Positions 1 to 11,104 of a stretch of DNA of 64,000 bases are shown piece by piece. The stretch lies in assembly GCF_054482525.1 (NCBI RefSeq), contig NZ_CM137006.1; one strand, given 5' to 3'. A program made the translations under genes and the position numbers. Position 1 is the stretch's first letter. The number at the start of each line of letters is the position of its first letter. The notes beneath the pieces were generated by a model, which searched no databases, was not told where the DNA came from, and saw nothing but the letters and a program-made list of their open reading frames with translations.

Positions 1-37
1 GGTTGAGTCACTGGTGCAGAAACTGGCACATGGCTAA
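1..37 (+). CDS. mtn: 3' end of MTA/SAH nucleosidase (partial; start lies outside window)
   Basis: Frame 2 reads ...[11 protein letters not shown] ending at TAA 35-37, overlapping the btuF start. Assignment rests on recalled mtn-btuF-yadS synteny; only 11 codons are visible. Confidence 0.4.
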   Translation, partial: VESLVQKLAHG

Positions 38-830
38 GTCACTGTTCAGGGCGCTGGTCGCCCTGTCTTTTCTCGCGCCGCTGTGGCTCAACGCCGCGCC
101 GCGCGTCATCACGCTTTCTCCCGCCAACACTGAACTTGCCTTTGCCGCCGGGATCACGCCGGTTGGGGTCAGCAGCTATTCCGACTATCCTCCACAAGCG
201 CAAAAGATTGAGCAGGTTTCCACCTGGCAGGGGATGAATCTGGAACGCATTGTGGCGCTGAAACCCGATCTGGTGATTGCCTGGCGTGGAGGTAATGCCG
301 AGCGGCAGGTTGACCAGCTGGCTTCGCTGGGAATAAAAGTGATGTGGGTCGATGCGACAAGCATTGAACAAATTGCCAATGCGTTACGTCAACTGGCCCC
401 CTGGAGTCCGCAACCAGACAAGGCCGAACAAGCCGCGCAATCCCTGCTGGACCAGTACGCGCAATTGAAAGCGCAATATGCTGATAAACCTAAAAAACGT
501 GTTTTTCTGCAATTCGGCATTAATCCGCCATTTACCAGTGGAAAAGAGTCGATTCAAAACCAGGTACTCGAAGTTTGTGGCGGAGAAAACATCTTTAAAG
601 ACAGCCGGGTTCCCTGGCCGCAAGTTAGCCGCGAACAGGTGTTAGCACGATCGCCACAGGCGATTGTCATTACAGGCGGACCGGACCAAATTCCTAAAAT
701 CAAACAATACTGGGGTGAACAGCTCAAAATTCCCGTTATTCCTCTCACGAGTGACTGGTTTGAACGTGCAAGCCCACGTATTATCCTCGCTGCACAACAG
801 CTCTGTAATGCGCTTTCACAGGTAGATTAG
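30..830 (+). CDS. btuF: Vitamin B12 periplasmic binding protein BtuF
   Basis: ORF 3..830 trimmed to ATG at 30 ([22 protein letters not shown] signal peptide); 266 aa, matches BtuF. Confidence 0.93.
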   Translation: MAKSLFRALVALSFLAPLWLNAAPRVITLSPANTELAFAAGITPVGVSSYSDYPPQAQKIEQVSTWQGMNLERIVALKPDLVIAWRGGNAERQVDQLASLGIKVMWVDATSIEQIANALRQLAPWSPQPDKAEQAAQSLLDQYAQLKAQYADKPKKRVFLQFGINPPFTSGKESIQNQVLEVCGGENIFKDSRVPWPQVSREQVLARSPQAIVITGGPDQIPKIKQYWGEQLKIPVIPLTSDWFERASPRIILAAQQLCNALSQVD

Positions 831-867
831 CGCCTGACCTTTTCAGGTGCTCAGTGGGGATTGAACA

Positions 868-1491
868 ATGCTCGTCTATTGGCTGGATATAGTCGGCACA
901 GCGGTATTTGCCATCTCCGGCGTTTTGTTAGCCGGAAAATTGCGTATGGACCCTTTTGGTGTTCTGGTACTGGGCGTGGTTACCGCAGTAGGCGGCGGAA
1001 CAATTCGCGACATGGCGCTGGATCACGGCCCGGTATTTTGGGTGAAAGATCCCACCGATCTGGTCGTTGCAATGGTCACCAGCATGCTGACCATCGTGCT
1101 GGTGCGCCAGCCAAGACGCTTACCAAAATGGATGTTGCCGGTGCTGGACGCTGTTGGTCTGGCGGTGTTTGTCGGCATTGGCGTGAATAAAGCCTTTAAT
1201 GCGGAAGCCGGTCCGTTAATCGCGGTTTGTATGGGCGTCATTACTGGCGTTGGCGGCGGGATCATTCGTGATGTACTGGCCCGCGAAATCCCCATGATTT
1301 TACGTACAGAAATCTACGCAACAGCCTGTATTATCGGCGGTATTGTCCACGCTACGGCTTATTACACATTTTCCGTACCACTGGAAACAGCCAGTATGAT
1401 GGGCATGGTCGTGACGCTATTGATTCGGCTGGCGGCTATTCGTTGGCATCTTAAGCTACCGACGTTTGCGCTGGATGAGAATGGGCGTTGA
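868..1491 (+). CDS. yadS: UPF0126 inner membrane protein YadS
   Basis: 207-aa ORF with two internally repeated hydrophobic halves, each ending in a GGG(T/I)IRD motif. Confidence 0.9.
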   Translation: MLVYWLDIVGTAVFAISGVLLAGKLRMDPFGVLVLGVVTAVGGGTIRDMALDHGPVFWVKDPTDLVVAMVTSMLTIVLVRQPRRLPKWMLPVLDAVGLAVFVGIGVNKAFNAEAGPLIAVCMGVITGVGGGIIRDVLAREIPMILRTEIYATACIIGGIVHATAYYTFSVPLETASMMGMVVTLLIRLAAIRWHLKLPTFALDENGR

Positions 1492-1502
1492 AGAGAGAAG
1501 AT

Positions 1503-1525
1503 GTGCCGGATAGTTTATCCGGCAC
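1503..1525. terminator. Bidirectional hairpin between convergent yadS and erpA
   Basis: Perfect inverted repeat gtgccggata-gtt-tatccggcac (10-bp stem) between the two stop codons. Confidence 0.6.
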
Positions 1526-1537
1526 ATGAACAACAGA

Positions 1538-1882
1538 TTAGATACTAAAGGAAGAACCGCAACCGCAGGTGCTTTTCGCGTTCGGGTTGGTCACGATGAA
1601 ACGAGAACCTTCCAGACCTTCGGTATAATCAACGGAACCGCCGACCAGATATTGCAGGCTCATCGGATCAACCACCAGGCCAACGCCCTGTTTTTCGATG
1701 GTCATATCGCCTTCGTTCACCTGATCATCAAAGGTGAAACCATACTGGAAGCCGCTGCAACCGCCACCGGTGATATACACGCGTAATTTCAGATTCGGGT
1801 TATCTTCGTCAGCGATCAGGCTTTTAACTTTGTTGGCTGCTGCGTCGGTAAACTCCAGCGGCAGTGCTACGTCATCACTCAT
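1538..1882 (-). CDS. erpA: Iron-sulfur cluster insertion protein ErpA (A-type carrier)
   Basis: ORF 1538..1915 trimmed to [11 protein letters not shown]... (114 aa); C-terminal CGCGSSF cysteine motif. Confidence 0.93.
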
Positions 1883-1963
1883 ATTTTGCTCCAAACGACA
1901 TCGGCAATTGGGCAAATTCTAACCCAATAATAATCGCCATTATCTAATACCCTGGTATTTCGT

Positions 1964-3403
<1,440 letters not shown>

Positions 3404-3609
3404 TCATACAAATAAGATGACGGCATTTTACTCGCACGTTCCATGAAAATCCTTTGCAAAGCGTAATGTTTCAAATGCACAAAACTTTTATACTCTAAGA
3501 AATCAGGATTGCACCAGTACAAGCAGCCTGATGTTTGACGAGTATTTAACTTGTTATGAATAACATAGAATAGCAGCCATTCACTTTTTCTACGAATCAG
3601 GAACCCTCC

Positions 3610-4890
3610 ATGAGTAAGTCTGAAAATCTTTACAGCGCAGCGCGCGAGCTGATCCCTGGCGGTGTGAACTCCCCTGTTCGCGCCTTTACTGGCGTGGGCG
3701 GCACTCCACTGTTTATCGAAAAAGCGGACGGCGCTTATCTGTACGATGTTGATGGCAAAGCCTATATCGATTATGTCGGTTCCTGGGGGCCGATGGTGCT
3801 GGGCCATAACCATCCGGCGATCCGCAATGCCGTGATTGAAGCCGCCGAGCGTGGTTTAAGCTTTGGTGCACCGACCGAAATGGAAGTGAAAATGGCGCAA
3901 CTGGTGACCGAACTGGTCCCGACCATGGATATGGTGCGCATGGTGAACTCCGGCACTGAAGCGACGATGAGCGCCATCCGCCTGGCCCGTGGTTTTACCG
4001 GTCGCGACAAAATTATTAAATTTGAAGGTTGTTACCACGGTCACGCTGACTGCCTGCTGGTGAAAGCCGGTTCTGGTGCACTCACGTTAGGCCAGCCAAA
4101 CTCGCCGGGCGTTCCGGCAGATTTCGCCAAACATACCTTAACCTGTACTTATAACGATCTGGCCTCTGTACGCGCCGCGTTTGAGCAATACCCGCAAGAG
4201 ATTGCCTGTATTATCGTCGAGCCGGTGGCAGGCAATATGAACTGCGTTCCACCGCTGCCAGAGTTCCTGCCAGGTCTGCGCGCGCTGTGCGACGAATTTG
4301 GCGCGTTGCTGATCATCGATGAAGTGATGACCGGTTTTCGCGTAGCGCTAGCTGGCGCACAGGATTATTACGGTGTGGAACCGGATCTCACCTGCCTCGG
4401 CAAAATCATCGGCGGTGGAATGCCGGTAGGCGCATTCGGTGGTCGTCGTGATGTAATGGATGCGCTGGCCCCGACCGGTCCGATCTATCAGGCGGGTACG
4501 CTTTCCGGTAACCCGATTGCGATGGCTGCTGGTTTCGCCTGTCTGAATGAAGTCGCGCAGCCGGGTGTTCACGAAACGCTGGATGAGCTGACAACACGTC
4601 TGGCAGAAGGTCTGCTGGAAGCGGCAGAAGAAGCCGGAATTCCGCTGGTGGTAAACCACGTTGGCGGCATGTTCGGTATTTTCTTTACCGACGCCGAGTC
4701 CGTGACGTGCTATCAGGATGTAATGGCCTGTGACGTGGAACGCTTTAAGCGTTTCTTCCATATGATGCTGGACGAAGGTGTTTACCTGGCACCGTCAGCG
4801 TTTGAAGCGGGTTTTATGTCTGTGGCGCACAGCATGGAAGATATCAATAACACCATCGATGCTGCACGTCGGGTGTTTGCGAAGTTGTGA
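3610..4890 (+). CDS. hemL: Glutamate-1-semialdehyde 2,1-aminomutase
   Basis: 426-aa ORF, class III aminotransferase fold, recognised as HemL. Confidence 0.96.
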   Translation: MSKSENLYSAARELIPGGVNSPVRAFTGVGGTPLFIEKADGAYLYDVDGKAYIDYVGSWGPMVLGHNHPAIRNAVIEAAERGLSFGAPTEMEVKMAQLVTELVPTMDMVRMVNSGTEATMSAIRLARGFTGRDKIIKFEGCYHGHADCLLVKAGSGALTLGQPNSPGVPADFAKHTLTCTYNDLASVRAAFEQYPQEIACIIVEPVAGNMNCVPPLPEFLPGLRALCDEFGALLIIDEVMTGFRVALAGAQDYYGVEPDLTCLGKIIGGGMPVGAFGGRRDVMDALAPTGPIYQAGTLSGNPIAMAAGFACLNEVAQPGVHETLDELTTRLAEGLLEAAEEAGIPLVVNHVGGMFGIFFTDAESVTCYQDVMACDVERFKRFFHMMLDEGVYLAPSAFEAGFMSVAHSMEDINNTIDAARRVFAKL

Positions 4891-4897
4891 TGATTTT

Positions 4898-4918
4898 GCC
4901 TCGCCCACCGGGCGAGGC
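4898..4918. terminator. Bidirectional hairpin between convergent hemL and fhuB
   Basis: gcctcgccc-acc-gggcgaggc stem-loop in the 34-bp gap between the stops. Confidence 0.6.
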
Positions 4919-4924
4919 ATTCAA

Positions 4925-6907
4925 TTAACGGCTCTGCTTTCTCAACAAATAGATAAAATATGGCGCGCCGATAAAGGTCGACAGCAGCCCCGCTGGGATC
5001 TGGAATGGAAACAGCACCATCCGCCCACACCAGTCAGCGAACACCAGCAGTAATCCTCCCACCAGCGCCGAAATTACGATGTGTGGCATCGTCCGTCGAA
5101 AGCCCATCATCCGCGCAATATGCGGTGCCATTAAACCAACAAAACTCAACGGTCCAATGGTCATTGTCGCAGTCGCTGTCAGGCAAGCCGCTAACAGCAG
5201 CAGCGCAATTCGCGTCGGCGTCAGCGCCATCCCCACGGCTCGTGCGGTATCACCTCCCAGCGGTAAAATGGTCAGCCAGCGGCGGCACAGCGGGGTAATC
5301 GCCAGCAAAATCACCATCACAATTCCGGTACGCCAGACCTGCGCATCGGTCGCGTTGTAGGTCGAACCGGAAATCCAGGTCAGAACTTGCGCCATTCGCG
5401 GGTCACCACTTGCCTGCAACATCATCAAAAGCATGGTGAACGCGGTACTTAACGCCATCCCCGCCAGTAACATGCGGTGTGGGGAAAATCCACCGCGTCC
5501 GGCGGCGATCATAATGATCAACAGCGTCACCGCCGCGCCGAGACTGCCTGCAGGTAACAGCCAGCCAAAGGCATTACCCGGCACCAGAAACAGCATCAAC
5601 ACCACGCCAAACGCCGCGCCGGAGCTAATCCCCAGCACTTCCGGGCTTGCCATCGGGTTTCCGGTCAGCCGCTGAATAATACAGCCCGCCACCGCCAGCA
5701 TGACGCCCGCAAACAGCGCCGCCATAATTCGCGGCCAGCGCCAGGGCATTAAATCCTCGAGCAACGCCCCGCTCGCCCACGTCCAGCCGTGCGCATCACG
5801 ACCAAACGACAGCGCCACTACCACAGCCATCAACAGCAGCACGCCGCCCGCGAGGGCAAACGCCAGCACATGTTGGCGTTCAGTCGCGACACGATCGTTG
5901 ACCTTCATATCCGGCGCGCTAATGCTGCGTAAACGCGGCAGCAGCCACAGTAGCAGCGGCGCACCGATCAACGCAGTGACCGAACCGGTGGAAACTTCCA
6001 TCCACACGCGAGTCAGCCAGAGGATGATTTGATCAGAAAGCCACAGAATTAACGCACCAATCAGCGACGCCAGCATCAACCGTGGCAACAAACGCCGCGC
6101 CCCCAGCATTTTTGCCAGCAGTGGCGCGAACAACCCGATAAAGCCGATAATCCCCACTGCGTTCACCAGCAGCGCACTGATGACTATCGCCAGCGACAGC
6201 GCCGCCAGACGCGCGAGCGACAAGGCCAGCCCGAGGTTGCGCGCCACGCCATCATCAAGCCCCATCAGGGTTAACGGACGAAGTAGCAGTAACGTCAGCA
6301 TCACGCCGCCCAGCAGCTGCGGCCATAAACGCTCAACGCCGCCCCAGTCGGTTTGCGTCAGCGTTCCGGTGCTCCAGAGGAACATGCTTTGTAGCTGGTC
6401 GTGATGGAAGATAACCAGTAACTGATTGATTGCCCCGCAATAAAGGCTCACCACCAGCCCCGCGAGGATCAGCGTTACCGGAGAAAGCCGTTTCCCCCAC
6501 GCGACGCCAAAGACGATTAAGCCAACCACACAAGCCCCTGCCAGCGCAGCAAACTGGCTCGCCATCGCGCCGGGGATCGCCCAGAGCGTAGTGACGGTAA
6601 TCCCCAGTTGCGCGCCTGTAGCAACGCCAAGTGTCGTCGGTTCCGCCAGCGGGTTACGCAGCACTTGCTGAAACAGCACACCCACCAGCCCCAGGCCCGC
6701 GCCTACCAGCAGCGAAATCGCCAGACGCGGCAACAAGCTGTAGTGAAAAATCATCTGCTCGATGACGTCAATATCCGGCGACCAGGCAGCCTGCGCCCAC
6801 TGGCTACGCGGCAGCGCTTGCGAAAAGTTCATCCAGGTGAGCGCCGCTGCGACAATAACCAGCAGCGCCAGCAATAACGCCGGGAAAAGCGCAATTCGTT
6901 TACTCAC
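4925..6907 (-). CDS. fhuB: Ferric hydroxamate ABC transporter permease FhuB
   Basis: 660-aa duplicated FecCD-type permease; overlaps the fhuD stop. Confidence 0.95.
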   Translation of the reverse strand: MSKRIALFPALLLALLVIVAAALTWMNFSQALPRSQWAQAAWSPDIDVIEQMIFHYSLLPRLAISLLVGAGLGLVGVLFQQVLRNPLAEPTTLGVATGAQLGITVTTLWAIPGAMASQFAALAGACVVGLIVFGVAWGKRLSPVTLILAGLVVSLYCGAINQLLVIFHHDQLQSMFLWSTGTLTQTDWGGVERLWPQLLGGVMLTLLLLRPLTLMGLDDGVARNLGLALSLARLAALSLAIVISALLVNAVGIIGFIGLFAPLLAKMLGARRLLPRLMLASLIGALILWLSDQIILWLTRVWMEVSTGSVTALIGAPLLLWLLPRLRSISAPDMKVNDRVATERQHVLAFALAGGVLLLMAVVVALSFGRDAHGWTWASGALLEDLMPWRWPRIMAALFAGVMLAVAGCIIQRLTGNPMASPEVLGISSGAAFGVVLMLFLVPGNAFGWLLPAGSLGAAVTLLIIMIAAGRGGFSPHRMLLAGMALSTAFTMLLMMLQASGDPRMAQVLTWISGSTYNATDAQVWRTGIVMVILLAITPLCRRWLTILPLGGDTARAVGMALTPTRIALLLLAACLTATATMTIGPLSFVGLMAPHIARMMGFRRTMPHIVISALVGGLLLVFADWCGRMVLFPFQIPAGLLSTFIGAPYFIYLLRKQSR

Positions 6908-7794
6908 GCTTTACCTCCGATGGCGTTATCCAGAATACGCACAAAGTGCATTGCCGAAAGCGTCGCGCCATAGAACCAGACCGCCGGAACGCGCTGAAAA
7001 CGTCCTGCACGGACAAACGGCATGGCCTGCCACAGCGGGGTTGCCATTAGCGCATCCATGTCTTTGCTGTTGTCGTGATCAAAACAGAGCACATCAACGT
7101 CTTTATACGCTGCCAGACGATCGATACTGACGGCGGTACTGCCCCAGAAGTTGGTTTCCCCTTGCCAGGCATTTGGGATGCCGTACTCATCAAGAATTTC
7201 CTGGAACAAGCTGTTTGGACCGAAGACCAGCATATGGCGCGGATCGATAAGTGTCGTCAGCAATAACGGGCGTGCACCACGCTTCACAAAGCGGGGTTTC
7301 ATGCTGCGGATAAAGTCTTCATAGTGCGCTAAATGCGTTTCTGCTGCGCTTTGCAGGTTAAGTAAATCTGCCATTTCCGTCAGTGATTTACGCGCCATCG
7401 CCAGCGGCTGTTTGCCGTCGCTGAAGTTAAATCCGCGCCCCGGCGCAATACGTGCCAGCATTTCTGGTGAAGGGCCATATCCTGCCGACCAGACCATAAA
7501 CGACGGTTTCATTTCGGTCAGCAGTTCAAGGTTAGGTTCTGTACGCAAACCAACGTCAATCACTGAGTCCGGCAATGGTGGTTCGCTGACCCACAGGCGA
7601 TAGTTGATGGTGTCCGCCACGCCGTAAGGCACGATGCCGAGCGCCAGCAGTAATTCCACCGGCAACCACTCCAGCGCCACAATACGATTGGGATCAATAG
7701 CCGCCGCCTGGGCGGTATTCATCTGCCATAACAACGGAGAAAGCGCCATCGCCGTTAACAGTCGGCGGCGCGAAATAAGAGGTAAGCCGCTCAT
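6904..7794 (-). CDS. fhuD: Ferric hydroxamate periplasmic binding protein FhuD
   Basis: RR-containing signal peptide (MSGLPLISRRRLL...). Start taken at the second Met, which overlaps the fhuC stop as ATGA. Confidence 0.92.
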   Translation of the reverse strand: MSGLPLISRRRLLTAMALSPLLWQMNTAQAAAIDPNRIVALEWLPVELLLALGIVPYGVADTINYRLWVSEPPLPDSVIDVGLRTEPNLELLTEMKPSFMVWSAGYGPSPEMLARIAPGRGFNFSDGKQPLAMARKSLTEMADLLNLQSAAETHLAHYEDFIRSMKPRFVKRGARPLLLTTLIDPRHMLVFGPNSLFQEILDEYGIPNAWQGETNFWGSTAVSIDRLAAYKDVDVLCFDHDNSKDMDALMATPLWQAMPFVRAGRFQRVPAVWFYGATLSAMHFVRILDNAIGGKA

Positions 7795-8591
7795 CAATAA
7801 ACAAAACTCACAGGTGCAGCACCCGCCGGATGCGGCAGAATACCCATCGGGATGCCATAAATCATTTCGAGGGTTTCGCCGCGCATAATTTCCGCAGGCG
7901 TTCCCTGAGCAATCATTTCACCGCCGCGCAGGGCGACCAGATAATCACAGTAGCGTGCCGCCATATTGATATCGTGCAACACGGCAATGACCGTCAGGCC
8001 ACGCTCCTGACTTAAACGATGCACCAGCGCCAGCACATCAACCTGGTGGGCGATATCCAGCGCCGAGGTCGGTTCGTCGAGCAACAGACAACGGCTATCC
8101 TGCGCCACCAGCATGGCGATCCACGCCCGCTGACGTTCGCCGCCAGAGAGACTATCGACCAGCCGATGCGCCAGCGGTTTTAAGCCAACCAGCGAGATAG
8201 CTTCCTCGACCTTTTCGCGATCTGCCGCACCAAAGCGCCCCAGTGCGCCATGCCACGGGTAACGACCAATCGCCACCAGTTCACGCACTGTCATTCCTTC
8301 TGCCGGAGGAAGCTGCTGCGGCAAATAAGCCACTTTGCGGGCAAACGCTTTGCTGCTCCAGCTTTCCAGCGGCTGGGCATCAAGAAGAATCTCCCCTTCC
8401 GACGGCGGCTGATGACGGCCAAGCATTTTGAGCAGAGTGGATTTACCAGAACCGTTGTGACCAATCAGACCGGTCACTTTCCCGGCAGGAAAGGTTAACG
8501 ACAGCGGATGCAAAAGCGTGCGCCCGGGCACACGAAAGGAGATATTACGCAGTGCAAAAGTGGTATCGGAATGATTCGTGTATTCCTGCAT
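7794..8591 (-). CDS. fhuC: Ferric hydroxamate ABC transporter ATPase FhuC
   Basis: ORF 7794..8633 trimmed to MQEYTNHSD... (265 aa); Walker A GHNGSGKST. Confidence 0.93.
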   Translation of the reverse strand: MQEYTNHSDTTFALRNISFRVPGRTLLHPLSLTFPAGKVTGLIGHNGSGKSTLLKMLGRHQPPSEGEILLDAQPLESWSSKAFARKVAYLPQQLPPAEGMTVRELVAIGRYPWHGALGRFGAADREKVEEAISLVGLKPLAHRLVDSLSGGERQRAWIAMLVAQDSRCLLLDEPTSALDIAHQVDVLALVHRLSQERGLTVIAVLHDINMAARYCDYLVALRGGEMIAQGTPAEIMRGETLEMIYGIPMGILPHPAGAAPVSFVY

Positions 8592-8641
8592 AACAGCCAA
8601 CTTGTGAAACGGGCACGGAAATCCGTGCCCCAAAAGAGAAA

Positions 8642-10885
8642 TTAGAAGCGGAAGGTTGCGGTTGCAACGACCTGACGTTCTGCGCCCCAGAAGCAGCCAT
8701 AGGTGTTAAAGCAGCTGGCGACGTATTCACGATCGAACAGGTTGTTGACATGCAGCGCCACGTTGGAGCCAGCCATGCCGACTCGCGCCAGATCATAACG
8801 CACTAACGCATCCACGACCGTATAACTTCCCACTTTAAAGGAGTTAGCCGGATCACCATAGCTGGAGCCAGTATAACGACCACCGGTGCCCAGCGTCAGA
8901 CCTGAAAGCGGACCGTCAAAGAAGGTATAGTCAGCCCACAGCGAAGCCATGTGTTTTGGCACCTGTGCAGGCGTATTGCCTTTATAGGTAGTGTCGGTGG
9001 TGTATTCCGCATCGGTGTAAGTATAAGAACCGACTACGTTAACACTCGCCGACAGCGCCGCTTTCGCTTCGATTTCTACGCCACGAGCGCGGATCTCGCC
9101 ACCTTCAACCGAGAAGAAGGAACCCTCAGGGTCCGCCATCAGGTTGTTGGTTTTAGTGAGATTATACACGGCACCAGTAACCACAATTGGACGATCTTCC
9201 GGTACATATTTCACGCCGACTTCATACTGCTTACCTTTAGACGGTGCGAAAATATTACCATCCTTCCCAACTTGCGAAGAAGGTTCAAACGATTCGCTAT
9301 AGCTGAAGTAAGGTGTTACACCATTATCAAACAGGTAGTTAACACCACCACGCCAGGTAAACTGTTTGTCATCACGTTTATCGGTCGTTCCCGCTACGCG
9401 GTTAAGAGATTCTTGATCTGCCCAGTCGTAACGACCGCCCAGGGTGACCAGCACTTTATCCCACTGCGCCTGATCCTGAACATAAACGCCCGTTTGCTTC
9501 TGCTTATTCAGAATGCGGTACGGACCGGAGTTATCCGGGTCTTTCGCATTGAAGTCGAAATCGGTATTCACCGGATTGTACAGATCGAGCAGCGGTACGG
9601 AGTCGTCGTAACCAAACCAGGCGTTGATGTCATTACGCATACGCATAAAGTCGACACCGGTCAGCAGGGTGTGGTCGATATCGCCAGTGGCAAACTTGCT
9701 CTGCAACTGGGTATCAACGGAGAAGTTTTGCAGCTTCTCATCATCAACGACGTATTTACGTGCCAGATAATGGCCTTTATCCGCTGGCGCTAATGCCGCA
9801 CACTGTTTGCTGTAAGCATTCGCCGGATCGGAGCAGACGCCGTAACCATAAACGCTGTTTTGCGAAGTTTTGTTTTCAGCAAAGCGCAGGTTCTGACGCA
9901 CAGTAAAGGTGTCGTTAAATTCGTGATCGAAGCTGTAGCCCACCATCTTCTCATTACGTGAATAGGTGTTGTTCTTCGCCCCTTCATTAAAGTCTGTCGG
10001 CAGACGCTTACCGTTCGGTAGCGGCTCAACAGTTCCCTCTTTCGGCAACCAGCCGTAATAACCGGTTTCCGGCTCGTTCTGGAAGTAAGAAAGGAAGGTG
10101 AAATTGGTTTTATCATCCGGACGCCAGGTGAACGCCGGTGCAATAGCATAACGCTGCTCTTCTGAGCCTTTCTGCTGGGCATTGGCAGAACGCGCAAGAC
10201 CGGTCAGGCGATAAGAGTAAACACCGTCATCATCCAGCGCATCGCTAAAGTCAAAACCAGTCTGGAACAGGCTGTCAGTACCGGCTTTAAACTGAACTTC
10301 TTTCAGCGGTTCAGTAGTCGGACGCTTGCTGACCATATTCAACAGACCGCCAGGACTGCTTTTACCGTAAAGCACGGAAACCGGGCCACGCATAATTTCA
10401 GCGCGTTCCAGCATATACGGGTCAATGACCGCATCGTTATAGAAGTTGCCCTGCAACTTCAGGCCATTCAGATAGTTATTCTGGCTTTGGCCTTCTGCCG
10501 CAAAGCCGCGAATGATCAGGTGGTCATAGGTGTTGGATGCGCCACGCGTACCAACAGAGACACCCGGCGTGTAGCTAAGCGCTTCTTTTACCGACTTCGG
10601 CTGATGCAGCGCCATCTCTTCGGCGGTCACAACAGAAATAGACTGTGGCACTTTTTGAATCGGCGTATCGGTTTTAGTGCCGGTAGCTGACTGTCGCGCC
10701 GCAATAGTTGCAGCCGGCCCCCATGCGCTTTCTTGCGGCGCAGGTGCAGCGGTAACGGTGATAGTGTCTTCTTTCGGTTCAACCGCTGCCTGTGCATAAA
10801 CAGACATGCCGCTAACCGCTGTGGCTACTACAACTGCGATTTTACGCAGTGAATGTTTTGGCTGAGCAGTTTTGGAACGCGCCAT
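8642..10885 (-). CDS. fhuA: TonB-dependent ferrichrome outer membrane receptor FhuA
   Basis: 747 aa; TonB box DTITVTA near the N-terminus; C-terminal ...ATATFRF. Confidence 0.96.
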   Translation of the reverse strand: MARSKTAQPKHSLRKIAVVVATAVSGMSVYAQAAVEPKEDTITVTAAPAPQESAWGPAATIAARQSATGTKTDTPIQKVPQSISVVTAEEMALHQPKSVKEALSYTPGVSVGTRGASNTYDHLIIRGFAAEGQSQNNYLNGLKLQGNFYNDAVIDPYMLERAEIMRGPVSVLYGKSSPGGLLNMVSKRPTTEPLKEVQFKAGTDSLFQTGFDFSDALDDDGVYSYRLTGLARSANAQQKGSEEQRYAIAPAFTWRPDDKTNFTFLSYFQNEPETGYYGWLPKEGTVEPLPNGKRLPTDFNEGAKNNTYSRNEKMVGYSFDHEFNDTFTVRQNLRFAENKTSQNSVYGYGVCSDPANAYSKQCAALAPADKGHYLARKYVVDDEKLQNFSVDTQLQSKFATGDIDHTLLTGVDFMRMRNDINAWFGYDDSVPLLDLYNPVNTDFDFNAKDPDNSGPYRILNKQKQTGVYVQDQAQWDKVLVTLGGRYDWADQESLNRVAGTTDKRDDKQFTWRGGVNYLFDNGVTPYFSYSESFEPSSQVGKDGNIFAPSKGKQYEVGVKYVPEDRPIVVTGAVYNLTKTNNLMADPEGSFFSVEGGEIRARGVEIEAKAALSASVNVVGSYTYTDAEYTTDTTYKGNTPAQVPKHMASLWADYTFFDGPLSGLTLGTGGRYTGSSYGDPANSFKVGSYTVVDALVRYDLARVGMAGSNVALHVNNLFDREYVASCFNTYGCFWGAERQVVATATFRF

Positions 10886-10919
10886 TGGTATATCTCTGAT
10901 GTAAAGTGAATGATAACGT

Positions 10920-10945
10920 AAACGAGAATGATTATTATAAATATA
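10920..10945 (-). promoter_or_regulatory. Candidate Fur box in the fhuA promoter
   Basis: About 40-60 bp upstream of the fhuA ATG; the minus strand reads tataataatcattctc, resembling the Fur consensus GATAATGATAATCATTATC. fhuACDB is known to be Fur-regulated. Confidence 0.5.
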
Positions 10946-11063
10946 AGATAATATTCGAAACGCTGGCGGGTTCGCAAGCGGTACGCAATCTGAGCGTTCC
11001 TGAAGGGTTAATAAACAACCAGATGAAAAGAAAGGGTTAATACTTTAGGTGGGATGTTATTTT

Positions 11064-11088
11064 ACCGGATGGCAACTCGCCATCCGGT
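11064..11088 (-). terminator. Hairpin downstream of mrcB
   Basis: accggatgg-caactcg-ccatccggt stem-loop about 17 bp past the mrcB stop. Confidence 0.5.
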
Positions 11089-11104
11089 ATGTCACGCTTA
11101 GACG